Positions 24,111 through 36,370 of a stretch of 64,000 bases of DNA are shown here, in pieces (position 1 is the stretch's first letter; every line of letters starts with the position of its first letter). This DNA is from Lama guanicoe (taxonomy: Eukaryota). The notes beneath the pieces were generated by a model. It made no database searches, had not been told where the DNA came from, and worked only from the letters and a program-made list of their open reading frames with translations. A program made the translations under genes and the position numbers. The DNA lies in assembly GCA_013239625.1 (NCBI GenBank), contig MU053645.1:1542274-1606273 (forward strand). The letters are read 5' to 3'.

Positions 24111-27100
24111 TAGATGATCTTTACAGACGGCAGTTTGAGCCAACAGGTTTTAAAAACAATCTCAGGAGAAGTTCAGGAACTTCAGCGTTTTACAGTAATC
24201 ATTCTGGATGTGCTCTTTCTTCCTAAAGTTGTTTCACATTCACGAACACAGGGCAACTTTCATAATAGTCATTTTCCTGTTCAAATGAAGCAGGGAGAAG
24301 GTATGAAGTATCTGGGGAAAGAAAGCCTTTTTGATTAGAACTAGATTTCTGTAACCTGGATCTTGTTTCAAACAAATCTAGTCAGAACCTTGGAAGTCTT
24401 AACTTGAAAGAGTCTGAAAATCAAAATCTCAGCCATCATTTGGGCTACAAGTATTTAGGGGAAAAGGGCAGGGAAGAGAGGGATGAAAAATAATTATTTA
24501 GTTGAGAATACAAGGATTTTGGTTGAGATTGGTGGGAAAAGTGACTTTTTAAACAAAGAGTTACATTACTGTAAATGTATTTTTTAAATGGGGAACAGAG
24601 TTTGATCTGAGTTGTTTTCAAAAGCACAACCAGACATTTGCCTGAATTCGGAGCATAGGGTATTGTGCCTAAAGTCAGGCATGCTCTGAGCACATATGGA
24701 TATGCTGTTTTCTTCCACCCAGACATTTGGTACCGGTGTGACTCTAGGAATTGAGGGCAACTTGCAAGTAAAATAATGGTGTAAAGTAACCGTCCCTGTA
24801 TTTTCTGATTAGTAAATCCAACTTCATTTCATTTGCATCCTACAGCCCAGGGCCTCCTATTGATGGAGGTGGGGGAGTTAGTATAAATTAGTACACAGAC
24901 AGGGGTTCTCAAAATCTGAGTGGACACTTGCTGGAGGCAAATCATGTCATAATATAACCCTCATCACCTGCCCTTCTTCCTGAGAATGCTGCACAAAATT
25001 ATCATTTGGGGATTCATTTAAAGCTTTCCTAATGCTCCTTCTCAATTAGTCCCAAGGAGAATGGACCCGTGCCTCAGACAGCTCAGCTTCTTAGCAGGCA
25101 CTTTCTTGTTTTCCTTTAAGGTACTTCCACACAAGATCACATTCCCTTGGCAAATGAGATTCGAGTCCAGCAGTAAAAGGACAGCGCCTTTCTTCTTCTG
25201 AGGGACACAGCTTAGAGGAAGAGACCCTGGTACTCTCTCAGAGGCAGAGGATGGCTTTCACAGTCCTCCAGTCCATTCCCTTCATTTTGCAGATGAGGAA
25301 ACACAGGCCCAGAGCAGTGGAGTGGCCTGGCTTGGGTAGCCTGCACGGTTCCTCCTGGAGAAGGCCAGCCTCTGTGTGGCCAGGCCCTCCCCTAGGCCCA
25401 GGATTTCCCAGCTCGGGGCCACACACACCAGTCCTGGTTGAGCTCCTCTGTGCTTAACACCCCCATCTGCCCAGAGTTCTTTCCTTCAAGGGGCTACGAA
25501 CTCAAGGCTCCTTCCCAAGCCTCGGCCTGGGCCATTTTACCTCTAGGAAAAGTAAGCAATTTCCCCTGAAGGCATGCAGTATCCTGGTGTCCACTCTTGA
25601 ACACTGAACAGCAGGGGCTTGAGAGAGTGATGCAGTTGTCCCCTCCTCACAAAAGGCCAAGTGTGCTTCCACTACAATAACCCTCGTTTCCCCCAATCCC
25701 CTGGCAAAGTTGTGCCTGCCAACTGGCAACACAACACATAAGCCACCGCCAGCTCTGGGCTTGTGTTGAATTAACTTTTTTTGTAAAGTAGGCTAATAGT
25801 TTGGAAACTGTCATTATGCAATTAGTATTCACTTTGAAATGGGGTTATTTATGCTTCGCCTGGATCCATGTCACACACTCTCCTTCTCCGATGTCCCTGC
25901 AACGCTACGGGGCAGGGACCCAAAGCGCAGTGGTCTAAATGTCATTTACAAATGCATCCCAATGGTCTGTACGTCTCCCCAAGCAAAGCAGAGATCTTAA
26001 GGAGACAGTTTGGATTCCCAACATTTACATGCAAATATTTTTAGACTCCAGGAACACAAAGGACCCCTTCTGAAAGCACTCTGTTGTGCTTCACAAACAA
26101 GGGGACACAAGTGACTGAAGAGGCGGCACACAGGCATGGGCAGCATAATTGATACACCTGGACCTTTCGGAAGCACAGCCCCCAGACAAAACTCGGACCT
26201 CTCTGAGAACCGCCGAGCTGGAACACAATTTTGTATTTTTGGCCCAAGAATCTTGGTTTAGGGAAAAAACAGGAGCCAGAGTAGAGACCAAGGAATAGTC
26301 TCACCAGTTCCCCTTGAACAAGGGAGACAGATTAAGTGAAAGATATTTTGAAATTAGTAGGGGAAAAGGAGGCTTCTTCGATGACCCCAGAAAGAAAAGA
26401 ATCCACATCCATGGCTGGGCCCTGGGCAATTTGGTAAGGGGCACAAGAAGGTGGCCCTGGCCAGCTAAGTTTTACAAAAAAGAAAAAAAGGAAAAACAGA
26501 ACTCAGGTTAATATGCAAATCAGTCCCGAATATGGCCTTCCCTAGTCCCCATCACAAGGTAAAGCAACAGGGCTACGCTTTTCCTTTTCCTCTCATCTTT
26601 ACACTCCTCTGACTCAAATGATCACTTCAAGGGGTCTCACCAAGGTTGAACTATTCATGAAGAAAGAGGGGAAGTCGGGACAGAGGGAGCCCTACTACTA
26701 TGTGATTGCCCCTGGCCCACGTCCCCAGCCTCAGCACCTCAAAAAAAAAAAACCACCCAAGATGGTTCTGTATCTTTGTTTTACCATGAAGGAATTTCCA
26801 AGGCTGTCCAATGAATTCCATGGGCCCATGTACCATATCAAAACCTCAACTCCAACAAGGAGTCAGATAGAAATCTTGCAGGGGGCTAAGGTGGGTCTTC
26901 TGTTGTTTATTTAACACAAAGGCTTAGACTTCAGGCATCCCTGAAGATGGCCAGATCTGTTCTTCCATCAGGTGGACATCTTCTATAGCCTCATAACTCT
27001 GCTTAACATTCTGTTTAAGAATGTGTTCCACCCATTCACTCCAAACAGAAAGTCAGGAGGTTGGTTACCAGCTGTGATCCTAATAAACACATGGGGCATG

Positions 27101-27974
27101 CAGAGATGAGGAAGTCATCTTCACAAGTCACAAGGTTGCCATCCGAGAGTCAGAAGCAAAGTGAAGGCCAGAAACCAAGGTCTGCCAGCCTCACTCTATT
27201 CCTCCTTATCTCCTCCCCTGCAAACCATGAGAAAGCCTCAATACACTGGCAAAATTAAAATGATATTTTAATAACTCTATTAATACTTCCCCGGCAGCAT
27301 TTCAGGGACCTCTGCAAAAGTGCAGTTTGTTCTCCCACATAACTGATAAGCCTCAGAATATAATAAACCATTATCTCAATTAAGTAACATCACATTTGCA
27401 GGGAACTTCAGTTTTTCAGGACTATATATTTATTATAGAAAAAAGCAAATTGCCAAGAAAGTCTTTTTTTCCCCCTCTTTTCCTCTTTCTAAAGTTTTTT
27501 TTTTTAAATCTGAATTTCCCTGGGTTTTTTTTTCCTGTTTCTTTCATTGTGTTGTGCTTCGTATAACTATTTAGAGAAAATCCCAGGGGTCAGCACACAT
27601 TCAGTCTAATTGCTGACATCTTTTCCCATTACTGTCTCAGCAAGGGAATATGATCTCCAGAATAATGAGTCTGAGACATTACAACCTCACAGCTGATCCC
27701 CAGAACATATTGTGTTCATTTCTGACCCTACACCTTTGCTTGTACTGTTCCTGTGCCCTTCCTCATCCAGCTGAATTATTCAGGACTTACCTGCTTATCC
27801 TTTGCCTTCTTCTCCTCCTTCCACTGTTCCTCCCTTTCCCAATCTCGCCTACTCAACTGTGGCCTCCTTTCCCTAAATTCCTAGAGGCTTGAGGTGTGGA
27901 TCACTCATTTGACAAGAATCTTCATAGCTTCTGGCATCCCCCTGAAACCTAATAATTTCATAGATGCAATTCTT

Positions 27975-29057
27975 TATTTTTAAACGTCTTTATTGTGGTA
28001 TGGTTCCTGTACAGTAAACTACACATATTTCAGATGTGCAATTAGATGAATTTTGATAGATGTATACACCCACGAAACCACCATCACAATCAAAATAGCT
28101 AACATTTCCGTCACTCCCCAAGAGATGCAATTTTCGAATTCCCAATTTATCCCTTCCTACCCCCTTTACCTCCGGGTAACCATAAGTTTGTTCTCTATGT
28201 CCATGAGTCTGTTTCTGTTTTGTAGATAAGTTCATTTGTGTCCTTTTTTTTTTTTAAAGATTCCACATATAAGCAATAGTTTTGGAAGTCCTGGCCATAG
28301 CAGTCAGAGAAGAAAAAGAAATAAAAGGAATCCAAATTGGAAACGAAGAAGTAAAACTGTCACTATTTGCAGATGACATGATACTGTACATAGAAAACCC
28401 TAAAGAAGCAACCAGAAAACTACTAGATCTCAATGAATTTGGTAAAGTTGTAGGATACAAAATTAGTATACAGAAATCAGTTGCATTTCTATACACTAAC
28501 AACAAAATAGCAGAAAAAGAAATTAAGGAAACAATACCATTCACCATTGCACCAAAAGAATAAAATACCTAGAAATAAACCTACCCAAGGAGGCAAAAGA
28601 CGTATACTCTGAAAACTATAAAGCACTGATGAAAGAAATTGAAAATGACATAAACAAATGGAAAGATAAACCATGCTCTTGGATTGGAAAAATCAATACT
28701 GTTAAAATGGCCATACTGCCCAAGGCAATATGCAGATTCAATGCAATCCCTATCAAATTACCAATGACATTTTTCACAGAGCTGGAACAAAAAATGTTAA
28801 AATTTGTATGCAATAACAAAAGACCCCCAAATAGCCAAAACAATCTTGAAAAGGAGAACAGAGCTGGGGGAATCATGCTCCCTGACTTCAGACTATACTA
28901 CAAAGCTACAGTACTCAAAACAGTCTGGTACTGGCACAAAAAAGACACACAAATCAATGGAACAGAATAGAAAGTCCAGAAATAAACCCACACACTTACA
29001 GTCAATTAATCTACAACAAAGGAGGCAAGAATATACAATGGAGAAAAGATAGTCTCG
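27975..29057. mobile_element. Composite L1 insertion: antisense L1M 3' end (27975-28122), antisense younger L1 3' UTR (28136-28277), sense ORF2 RT fragment (28276-29057)
   Basis: ORF2 peptides ([23 protein letters not shown]) on + sit next to minus-strand 3' UTR. Flanking TAGA(T/G)GCAATTCTT at 27961-27974 and 29058-29071. Confidence 0.88.
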
Positions 29058-29974
29058 TAGAGGCAATTCTTATATCTCTTACCTGCATGGTAAGCACCTG
29101 GCATTTCTGCCAACTAGATCTCCTATATCTGTGTTCCCCCATTGCACTAAGGATGTTGCTTTACATTTAACAACAGGAAACAGTGATGATGGTAACAGCT
29201 AAAATTTCCTGAGGGCTTACTACGTGCCAAATACTGTGCTGAACAATATGTCTGGATTACAATTATCAATATTTTGCAGGTGAGAAAACTAAGACACAAA
29301 GAGGTTAAGTAACCTGCCCTAAGTTACACAGCTGATACGTGGCAATAATATGATTCAAACCAAAGTCTTTGTCACTTTGATGTATTCATAATCATTGAAG
29401 AAAACATTGAATTTTGTTTACTGGACTCTAAATTTGAGAGAGAAATGGGCTACTGAATGTTTTCACAATTTTTCAACAGAAGAGATGGAAATTCACAAAA
29501 CATGGGTTTCTTGTTAAATTTCAATTCACCAAACAGTTCCATTAAGAAGAATAACCCCATTTATTGGAAACTCTGATGTATTAAGGATTTACTTCAATAT
29601 AGCATCATGCAATATTTCTGGATAAAAATTAAGCAGATAAAAGCATTATGTATCAACCTGGCTTTTTTAAAACTTTGTTCTTCTACCTAAGCTATTTAAT
29701 TGGATGCTCTTTTCTCTGTTTTAAGCTGTCCTTTTTAAAAGAGAAAGTGATCTCCCTTTCTCTGGGTGAATTATAAGCAGTCTATGAACACACAATATCA
29801 TTGGACTCTGGAAGTGTCATGCTTTAAAAACCAAGGCAAGATTAGAGCATGAACGTGACCAACTCTCTTCTACTTTGAATCCAATGTTTCTGAAGTGTTC
29901 CTATTTTAGCGGATTTTTGTTTGTTTGTTTATTGGTGTCGTTTATCTGTAATAGTTATAAAAGTAGTTCATGGA

Positions 29975-30153
29975 TCACACATACTGTCCAATGATTTTCA
30001 ACAAGGGTGCCAAGACCATTCAATAGGGAAAGGACAGTCTCTTCAACAAATGGTGCTAGGAAAACTATATACCCACATGCAAAAAAATGAAGGTGGACTC
30101 CTACCTTACACCATATCCAAAAATTACCTCAGTGCGGATCAAAAACCTAAATA
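29975..30153 (+). mobile_element. Short L1 ORF2 fragment
   Basis: tgattttcaacaagggtgccaagaccattcaatagggaaaggacagtctcttcaacaaatggtgc is a typical L1M ORF2 segment. Confidence 0.8.
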
Positions 30154-31574
30154 ACTTCTTCCCCTAGGGACCTATTGCATTCAAACACCCCGTTTTAGCC
30201 ATGCAGTGGGCTCTGCATTATTGACTCTTTTCTCTTTTGCATACATGTGCACATAAAATCTTTAGCTTGAAAATATCCCGGAGTGGTCATATCAATCTAT
30301 TTCAGTCTGTGCTTCTTTTGTTCATTAGAAACTGCTCCACTAGCTGTCGAGTTGCTCCCAGTGAGGTCAAATGAGAAACAACTGTCCATTGATGGCAGAG
30401 TTTTTCCAGTGTGAAATTCCAGTTGGCTAACCCAAGGAGTTCGGGAAATATTCCGTAAATCGCGTGGCCTAATATCATCAAACTCCTTCCTATAGAAGAC
30501 ATGAACAATTCATCACCAGAGAAAAAAGCCTGGTGAGCCAAGTGTTAGAGCGACCGCCAAAGCCAGCGTCCCAGGAGGGTGTCAGGGCTCACAAGTCTGT
30601 ATTGACGAAGAAGTATTCAGTTTAAAAGTTCTTTCAAAAACAGATTAGTGATTAAAAACTTTTTTTAGTCTTGCCATCGCTTAAACAATTAGTGGCATAA
30701 CTGGAAAGGACCCACATATTCAAATAGACGTAGACTCTAAAAAGTTCCTCCCCAGCCCCCACCTTTCCCCATAGTCCCACCCCCAGAACCCTGCCTCCGG
30801 GCTCTGGGTACCAGCCAGCCATGGCCGCTAGACGATCTCAGATTGCAAAGAGGGGTAGCGAATGGAAGCCGAGGGCTCCCGTAGCTCACGATACACGGTG
30901 GTTTAACTTCTGCGAAAAAGGGATCAGTATAGTGACTATGTTAAGTGAAAATGATTCCTTTCTCCGGACTGAGCTGAGCTTCCCCTGGAGCCGACCCGCG
31001 GCGAGAGGACTCCGCCAGCGCCCGTGCGCTCCAGCCGCCCCTAGCTTCCCATTCAAGAAGCACTGGCTGCTCCCAGGAAACCGCGTAAGAGGAGCGGGCT
31101 GCATGGACGGCGGTGGGCTGGGCGGGACGGGGGGTGTTCTTTCAGGGACTAAAGCCCTTACCCACCAACCTTGGGGCTCGGAGGCCAACCACTCTGCAAA
31201 GTTGACTTTTATAGGCAATCAATACAAAAACGTACAGCCTTGTTTCGCAAAAGTCAAGCGGTAGGATTCCCTGCGGGAAACATTTAAAAAAAAAACATTT
31301 CTTCATTAGTGTATTTTTTAATATCTTAATTTCTACCAGAATACAAATAACATTTTCCAAATGAATATTGGTTGGAATAATGAAGAATATCTTGACACAC
31401 TAATGAAATACAATTATTGGGCTTTTTTTGTAGACCCAGCTGTGTGAAGAACAATTCCCAGCTGCTCTTTGAATTTTACCAGTTTATTCTCAGCCTGAGA
31501 TTCACCTTATGTAAAACTTAAATTTGAGGAGTGAGGAGAGGTTCAGGTGAGCTCAAGGCAAGGGGAAAGTTTTT

Positions 31575-31658
31575 TTTCTTAAACTTTTTTTAAAAATTGA
31601 AATATAGTCAGTTTACAATGTTGTGTTAATTTCTGGTGTACAGCATAGTGATTCAGTT

Positions 31659-31701
<43 letters not shown>

Positions 31702-31938
31702 TATATATATATATTCCTTTTCAGATATTTTTCATTATAGGTTATTACAAGGTATTGAATATAGTTCCCAGTGCTATAGTAGGTCTTATTATTGTTTATC
31801 TATTTTATATATAGTAGTATCTGCAAATCCCGAACTCCTAATTTATTTCTCCCCACCACCTCCCCCCAGCCAAAAGTTTGTTTTCTGTCTGTGAGTCTGT
31901 TTCTGTTTTGTGAAAAAGTTCACTTGTGTTTTTGTTAG
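31575..31938 (-). mobile_element. Truncated L1 3' end with (TA)n microsatellite
   Basis: T-rich tail, then attgaaatatagtcagtttacaatgttgtg..., the reverse complement of the L1 3' UTR. Confidence 0.85.
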
Positions 31939-33302
31939 AAATTTCTCCCAATCCCCATCCCAAGTCACAAAACTTTTTTGACTAAATCTAGCTCTTGATC
32001 CTCACCCTGTGACCAGTTGTTTCTATACAGGGGACATCCAATAGTGTGGTCAATTTTTTGAGCAATTAATAGCTTTTTGTTGAATTTAGAAACATCTTTG
32101 TGTGCATAGCCAGATATAGACATAGATAGAGAGAGGTTTTTTTTCTTTGAAATTATTTTCTCAGGCTTAGTGTTCTGTGCCTGGAATACATTTGTCAGAG
32201 AGTAAGAATTTTTTCATTGCTCTAGTTACATATTACCGTGGAAGGAATTTTGGTTAAAAACACAAGGTTTGGACTTCAACAAAGTTTGATTAAGATGGTT
32301 CTGCCTATACTAGCTATAGGAGGATGGACTAGTTACCCCACCTCTCTGAGTTAGTTTCCTCCACTATTAAATGGGAGAAACAACAGTTCCCCTGTGCAGA
32401 GATGTTATGAGGAAGATGGGTTAGCTACGATTGTTATTATGATCACCATTTCCAACATATGTATTTCTCCCAGCCTCACAAATACTGGGTTTTATCTTTC
32501 AAAACATATTTGTTGGTTGATTAAATAGGTGTAAAATGGTACTTCTTTGTACGTTTCAATTTGTACTTCCTGGTCCCATAATGATGTTTACATATTTTCA
32601 AGTATTGATTTATTCTATGTGCTTTTTGTTCTGCATATTGTCTGTCCTCGTCCTCACAGTTGGAATTATACTTTATCAAATAACTGCTTATGAAGAGTTT
32701 TCTATTCTACTATTTAGATTTGATATTACCTGATTTTAACTCAGTTAAAATCCCAGCTGAGATTAGTTGTGCCCTATGGTAGGAGATGTGTAATTAATTG
32801 TAAGTTAATTTTTTTCTGCATTGCTATACAGTTGTTCTGAAGTACTTACTTAAAATGAAATATTTTGCTCATTGTTTTATGGTGCTTATTTGACATCTGT
32901 TAATGTTATAGATGCTAAAAGCTATTTCCAACCTCTCTCCTCTGTTCCATTGATCAGTATTTCATGTTTGAGCCAGCATCACAGTCTTAAAGATCACTGC
33001 TTTGTAGCTTGCTCTAATTTGTGGTGAAATGAATCTTACGTATTACTTTTAAAATGATTTCTCTGGTTTTCTTGTTTATTTTGCCCTTTTAATTGAAATT
33101 GTGTTAATTAGAAAATCATTGGGACAAATTGTCATATTTACGAATGTGCTGCCTTCCCATTTAAGAGCAGGCCTGCCACAGGGCATTTTACAAGTAACAC
33201 CTGAAGCTTAAACATTCCACCAGTATTACTGAAGTCTCACAACTGTCCCTAATCTATTGACTTTAGTAAGAGGGACCAATTCTCTTTCAAACATTCGTCA
33301 GC

Positions 33303-33801
33303 TGTAGTAAGCAGAATAATACCTCCTCCCAAAGATGTCCATGTCCTGTTCCCTGGAACTTGTGAATATGCTATGTTATGTGGCAAAGGACAATTAAGGT
33401 ACAAAATAGAATTAAGGTTGTTGATCAGCTGACTTTAAAATAGGGAGATGAAATGGATTAGCTGGGTGGGCCCCGTGTAAGCACAAGGGTCCTTAAAAGT
33501 AAAAGAGGGAGGCAGAAGAGTGCGTTAGAATGCTGAGATGTGAAAAGGATTCTGAATGGCCGTTGATGGCTTTGAAGATGGAGTAGAGTGACCATGCATC
33601 AAAGAATGTAGGCTGGAAAAAACCAGGAAACATATTAGTGCCCAGAACCTCCAGAGGGGAATTCAGCCCTGTCAACACCTTGATTTCAGCCTAGTGAGAC
33701 TCATATTAGACTTCTAACCTACGGAGCTATAAGATGATAAATATGCGTTCTATGCCACTGTTTGTGATAATTATTTATAGCAACCACAGGAGACTAATAC
33801 A
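33303..33801. mobile_element. MLT1-type (ERVL-MaLR) solo LTR
   Basis: TG...CA termini (tgtagtaagcagaataat...agactaataca), MLT1 motif cccaaagatgtccatgtcc, and 5-bp TSD tcagc/ttagc. Confidence 0.85.
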
Positions 33802-34006
33802 TTAGCTAAGTGAAAGCAAGGCTTCTCCTTATACCCATCCTTGTGCTCTCTTTCCTTAACCTTCTTTCCTTGAATCCAGAGAAAATCAGCAGGCCTGGCC
33901 TTGGCTTCTGCCTTTGTGGCTCCCAGAACATAGGAGATATCTTTCCAAAAATCAGTTGCTTCGCTTTGGTATATTCTATACCACTTTGTTTAGCCCACCC
34001 ACTTTT

Positions 34007-34356
34007 TCTTTAATTGAGGTATAGCCGACTTACAATGTTGTGTTAGTTTCTGGTATACAGCATAGTGATTCAGTTATACATATATCTATCCCTTTTCATA
34101 TTCTTTTTTATTATAGGCTATTACATGGTATTGAATATAGTTCCCTGTGCTGCACAGTAGGACCTTGTTGTTTATCTATTTTGTATATAGTAGTTAATAT
34201 CTGCAAAGCCCAAACTCCCAGTTTATCCCTTCACCCTCCCTTTCCCCCCCCATAACCACAAGTTTGTTTTCTATGTCTGTGAGTCATCTCTGTTTTGTAA
34301 ATAAGTTCATTTGTGTTCTTTTTGTAGATTCTACAGATAAGTGATAGCATATTCAA
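34007..34356 (-). mobile_element. Truncated L1 3' end
   Basis: Antisense L1 3' UTR with 12-bp TSD CCACCCACTTTT at 33995-34006 and 34357-34368. Confidence 0.88.
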
Positions 34357-34824
34357 CCACCCACTTTTGTTTTTCTGCCTTCATTCCTAAAATACTTGGG
34401 AAAATGTAGATGCTCAGAAGTGAGATTGATCAGATTTGTAAAATTTTTACACCATCCCAAGACTTTCTCAAACATACATCTGTCCCTTAAACTCCAGAAA
34501 ATATTTCTTGAAGTCACTTGGCACTAGTTTTCAAGTATCTGATAAGTTAGCTTTTAGGATGAAAAGCCAAGAATCCATGCAGCTTGGGGCAGACAGGATT
34601 TGGAATTTCCCCCATCAAACCTATTGTGCCTTTGACAATTAAAATCTTTAGAATTAGAGTTAAAATGATCTTCCATTTCAAAGGATAAAGTATACCTTCA
34701 TTTTATTTCATGTATAAAAATGTATGGAAACACCAATCTTAAACCATATGTTGCTAGGATAACATAAGATGGGACTGATTCTTTTGCTGGGGCACATTGG
34801 TGGATATAGTACCCATTTTGGTAG

Positions 34825-35280
34825 CTTTCATTTATTGAACCTTTATTCTGTGCCAAGTGATGTGCTAAGTAATTTAAATAGGTGATCCTATTTGATCAGC
34901 ACATTAACCCTAAAAATTCAGTACTATCATTTCCATTTAAAGATGAGGAAGTTGTTGCCCAGTCACAAGGTGAATAAAAGCTAGGATTCAAGGTCAAGTC
35001 TCTCTGACTCCAAAGGCTTTGCTCTGTCGAATTTAATACAGTGGTAAAGCACTGGGATGCTAGTGTTAGAGTGACCTGGCTTCCAGTCCTAACTCTGCCA
35101 GTTGTTTGTTCCAGCAGTCTGTTCCTGGGAAAGTTCACTAACCTCTGTGTCTTCAGCATTCTTTTCTACATGATTGGAATAATAGAGAACTGATGAGAGG
35201 GATAAGTGATATAACATAATTTTTGCACTCAGCACAAGCCCTAGCCACGGAGTAAGCGCTCAGAAAAGCCTCCTTACTAT
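34825..35280. mobile_element. Two MIR SINE remnants in opposite orientation
   Basis: MIR core (ttccatttaaagatgaggaa...tgcccagtcaca...ggattcaa), followed by its reverse form (cttccagtcctaactctgcca...taacctctgtgtcttcag). Confidence 0.65.
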
Positions 35281-36059
35281 TACTCCATCCTGTCTTCTGT
35301 CATCGCATTATAACCTGTCGTGTCACCTTTCACATGTGGCACAACAGAAGGAGGCCTGACTAGGAGTCAGGTGGTCTGGGTTCTTGTGGCAGCTCTGTGA
35401 CTATCTCTGCAATTTGAACAAGCCACTTAACCCATTGTATCCATGCTGTTTCATACAAAATTTTGAGAATAAAACCCTGCCCCAGGTACACAAAGTTGTT
35501 CTAGGGACCAAGTGAAATCAGACATATTTCACAAAAAATCAGAGTATAAAGATCTCACCCAGACTTAAGGAATCATTCCATTACCTTCTAGAGATCAGAA
35601 ATATCCTATTCATATTTTTACTCCCACTCCCTTTTCCCAGACGAACCCCTTATTCTTATTTCTGCTCCCCTCCCCAAAAAAGAGAAAGGAAATAAGCTGA
35701 GATGAGTAACATGGAGAAGAAATAAAAAGTTAGAGTGGAGATTTGATGATAATAAAGAATTGGTTGTGTTTGGGCTGTGATAGTAATACTACAGTTCTGT
35801 TTATAAAAAGGATCTATCTTTTAGAGACACATATTGAAAGACTTATTGATAAGATGATATGATGTCTGGGTTTGCTTCAAAATGATCCAGGGGTGGGGGA
35901 CAGGGGTGTTGGAGAATGGGCAAGGGCATTAATGTAACAAGATTGGCTGTAAATGACAGTTGTTAAAACTGGGTGATATGTGCATGAGGGTTCATCTTAT
36001 GAGTCTCTCAACTTTTTGTGTATGTTTGATTTTTTCCATAATAGAACTGGAAAGAAATG

Positions 36060-36370
36060 AAGGGTTGCAAACTCAAATGCCTACAGAGCCAGGCAGGTAA
36101 CATAAATGAGGGCAGCAAACTGGATGAGAGCTGTGGAGAACTGGGAAAGAATGTGTCTCATCCCAAGGGGTCGGCCACGCTCAGCTCCAGCTGACTATTG
36201 CTGGAGGGGAATGTGGGACTTGGCTACTAAATTTTCTAGTTTTCCAAGAGAAGCCAAAAATAAAAAGTTTTAGGGGGAGAGTATAGCTCAGTGGTAGAGC
36301 TCATGCTTAGCATGTTGGAAATGCTAAGGACCAGATTCAGCCAGCAATTGCCAATTTATAACCTCTACCT
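36060..36370. mobile_element. MER102-like hAT element containing a 5' fragment of a vic-1-like SINE (36273-36314)
   Basis: Start agggttgcaaactcaaatgcctaca recalled as MER102-like. The SINE head ggggagagtatagctcagtggtagagc lies inside it. Confidence 0.6.

Noticed and set aside
30821..31264. 147-aa ATG ORF in the orphan CpG element
   Set aside because: No recognisable domain, and the composition is that of a GC-rich chance ORF. The region is kept only as a regulatory candidate.
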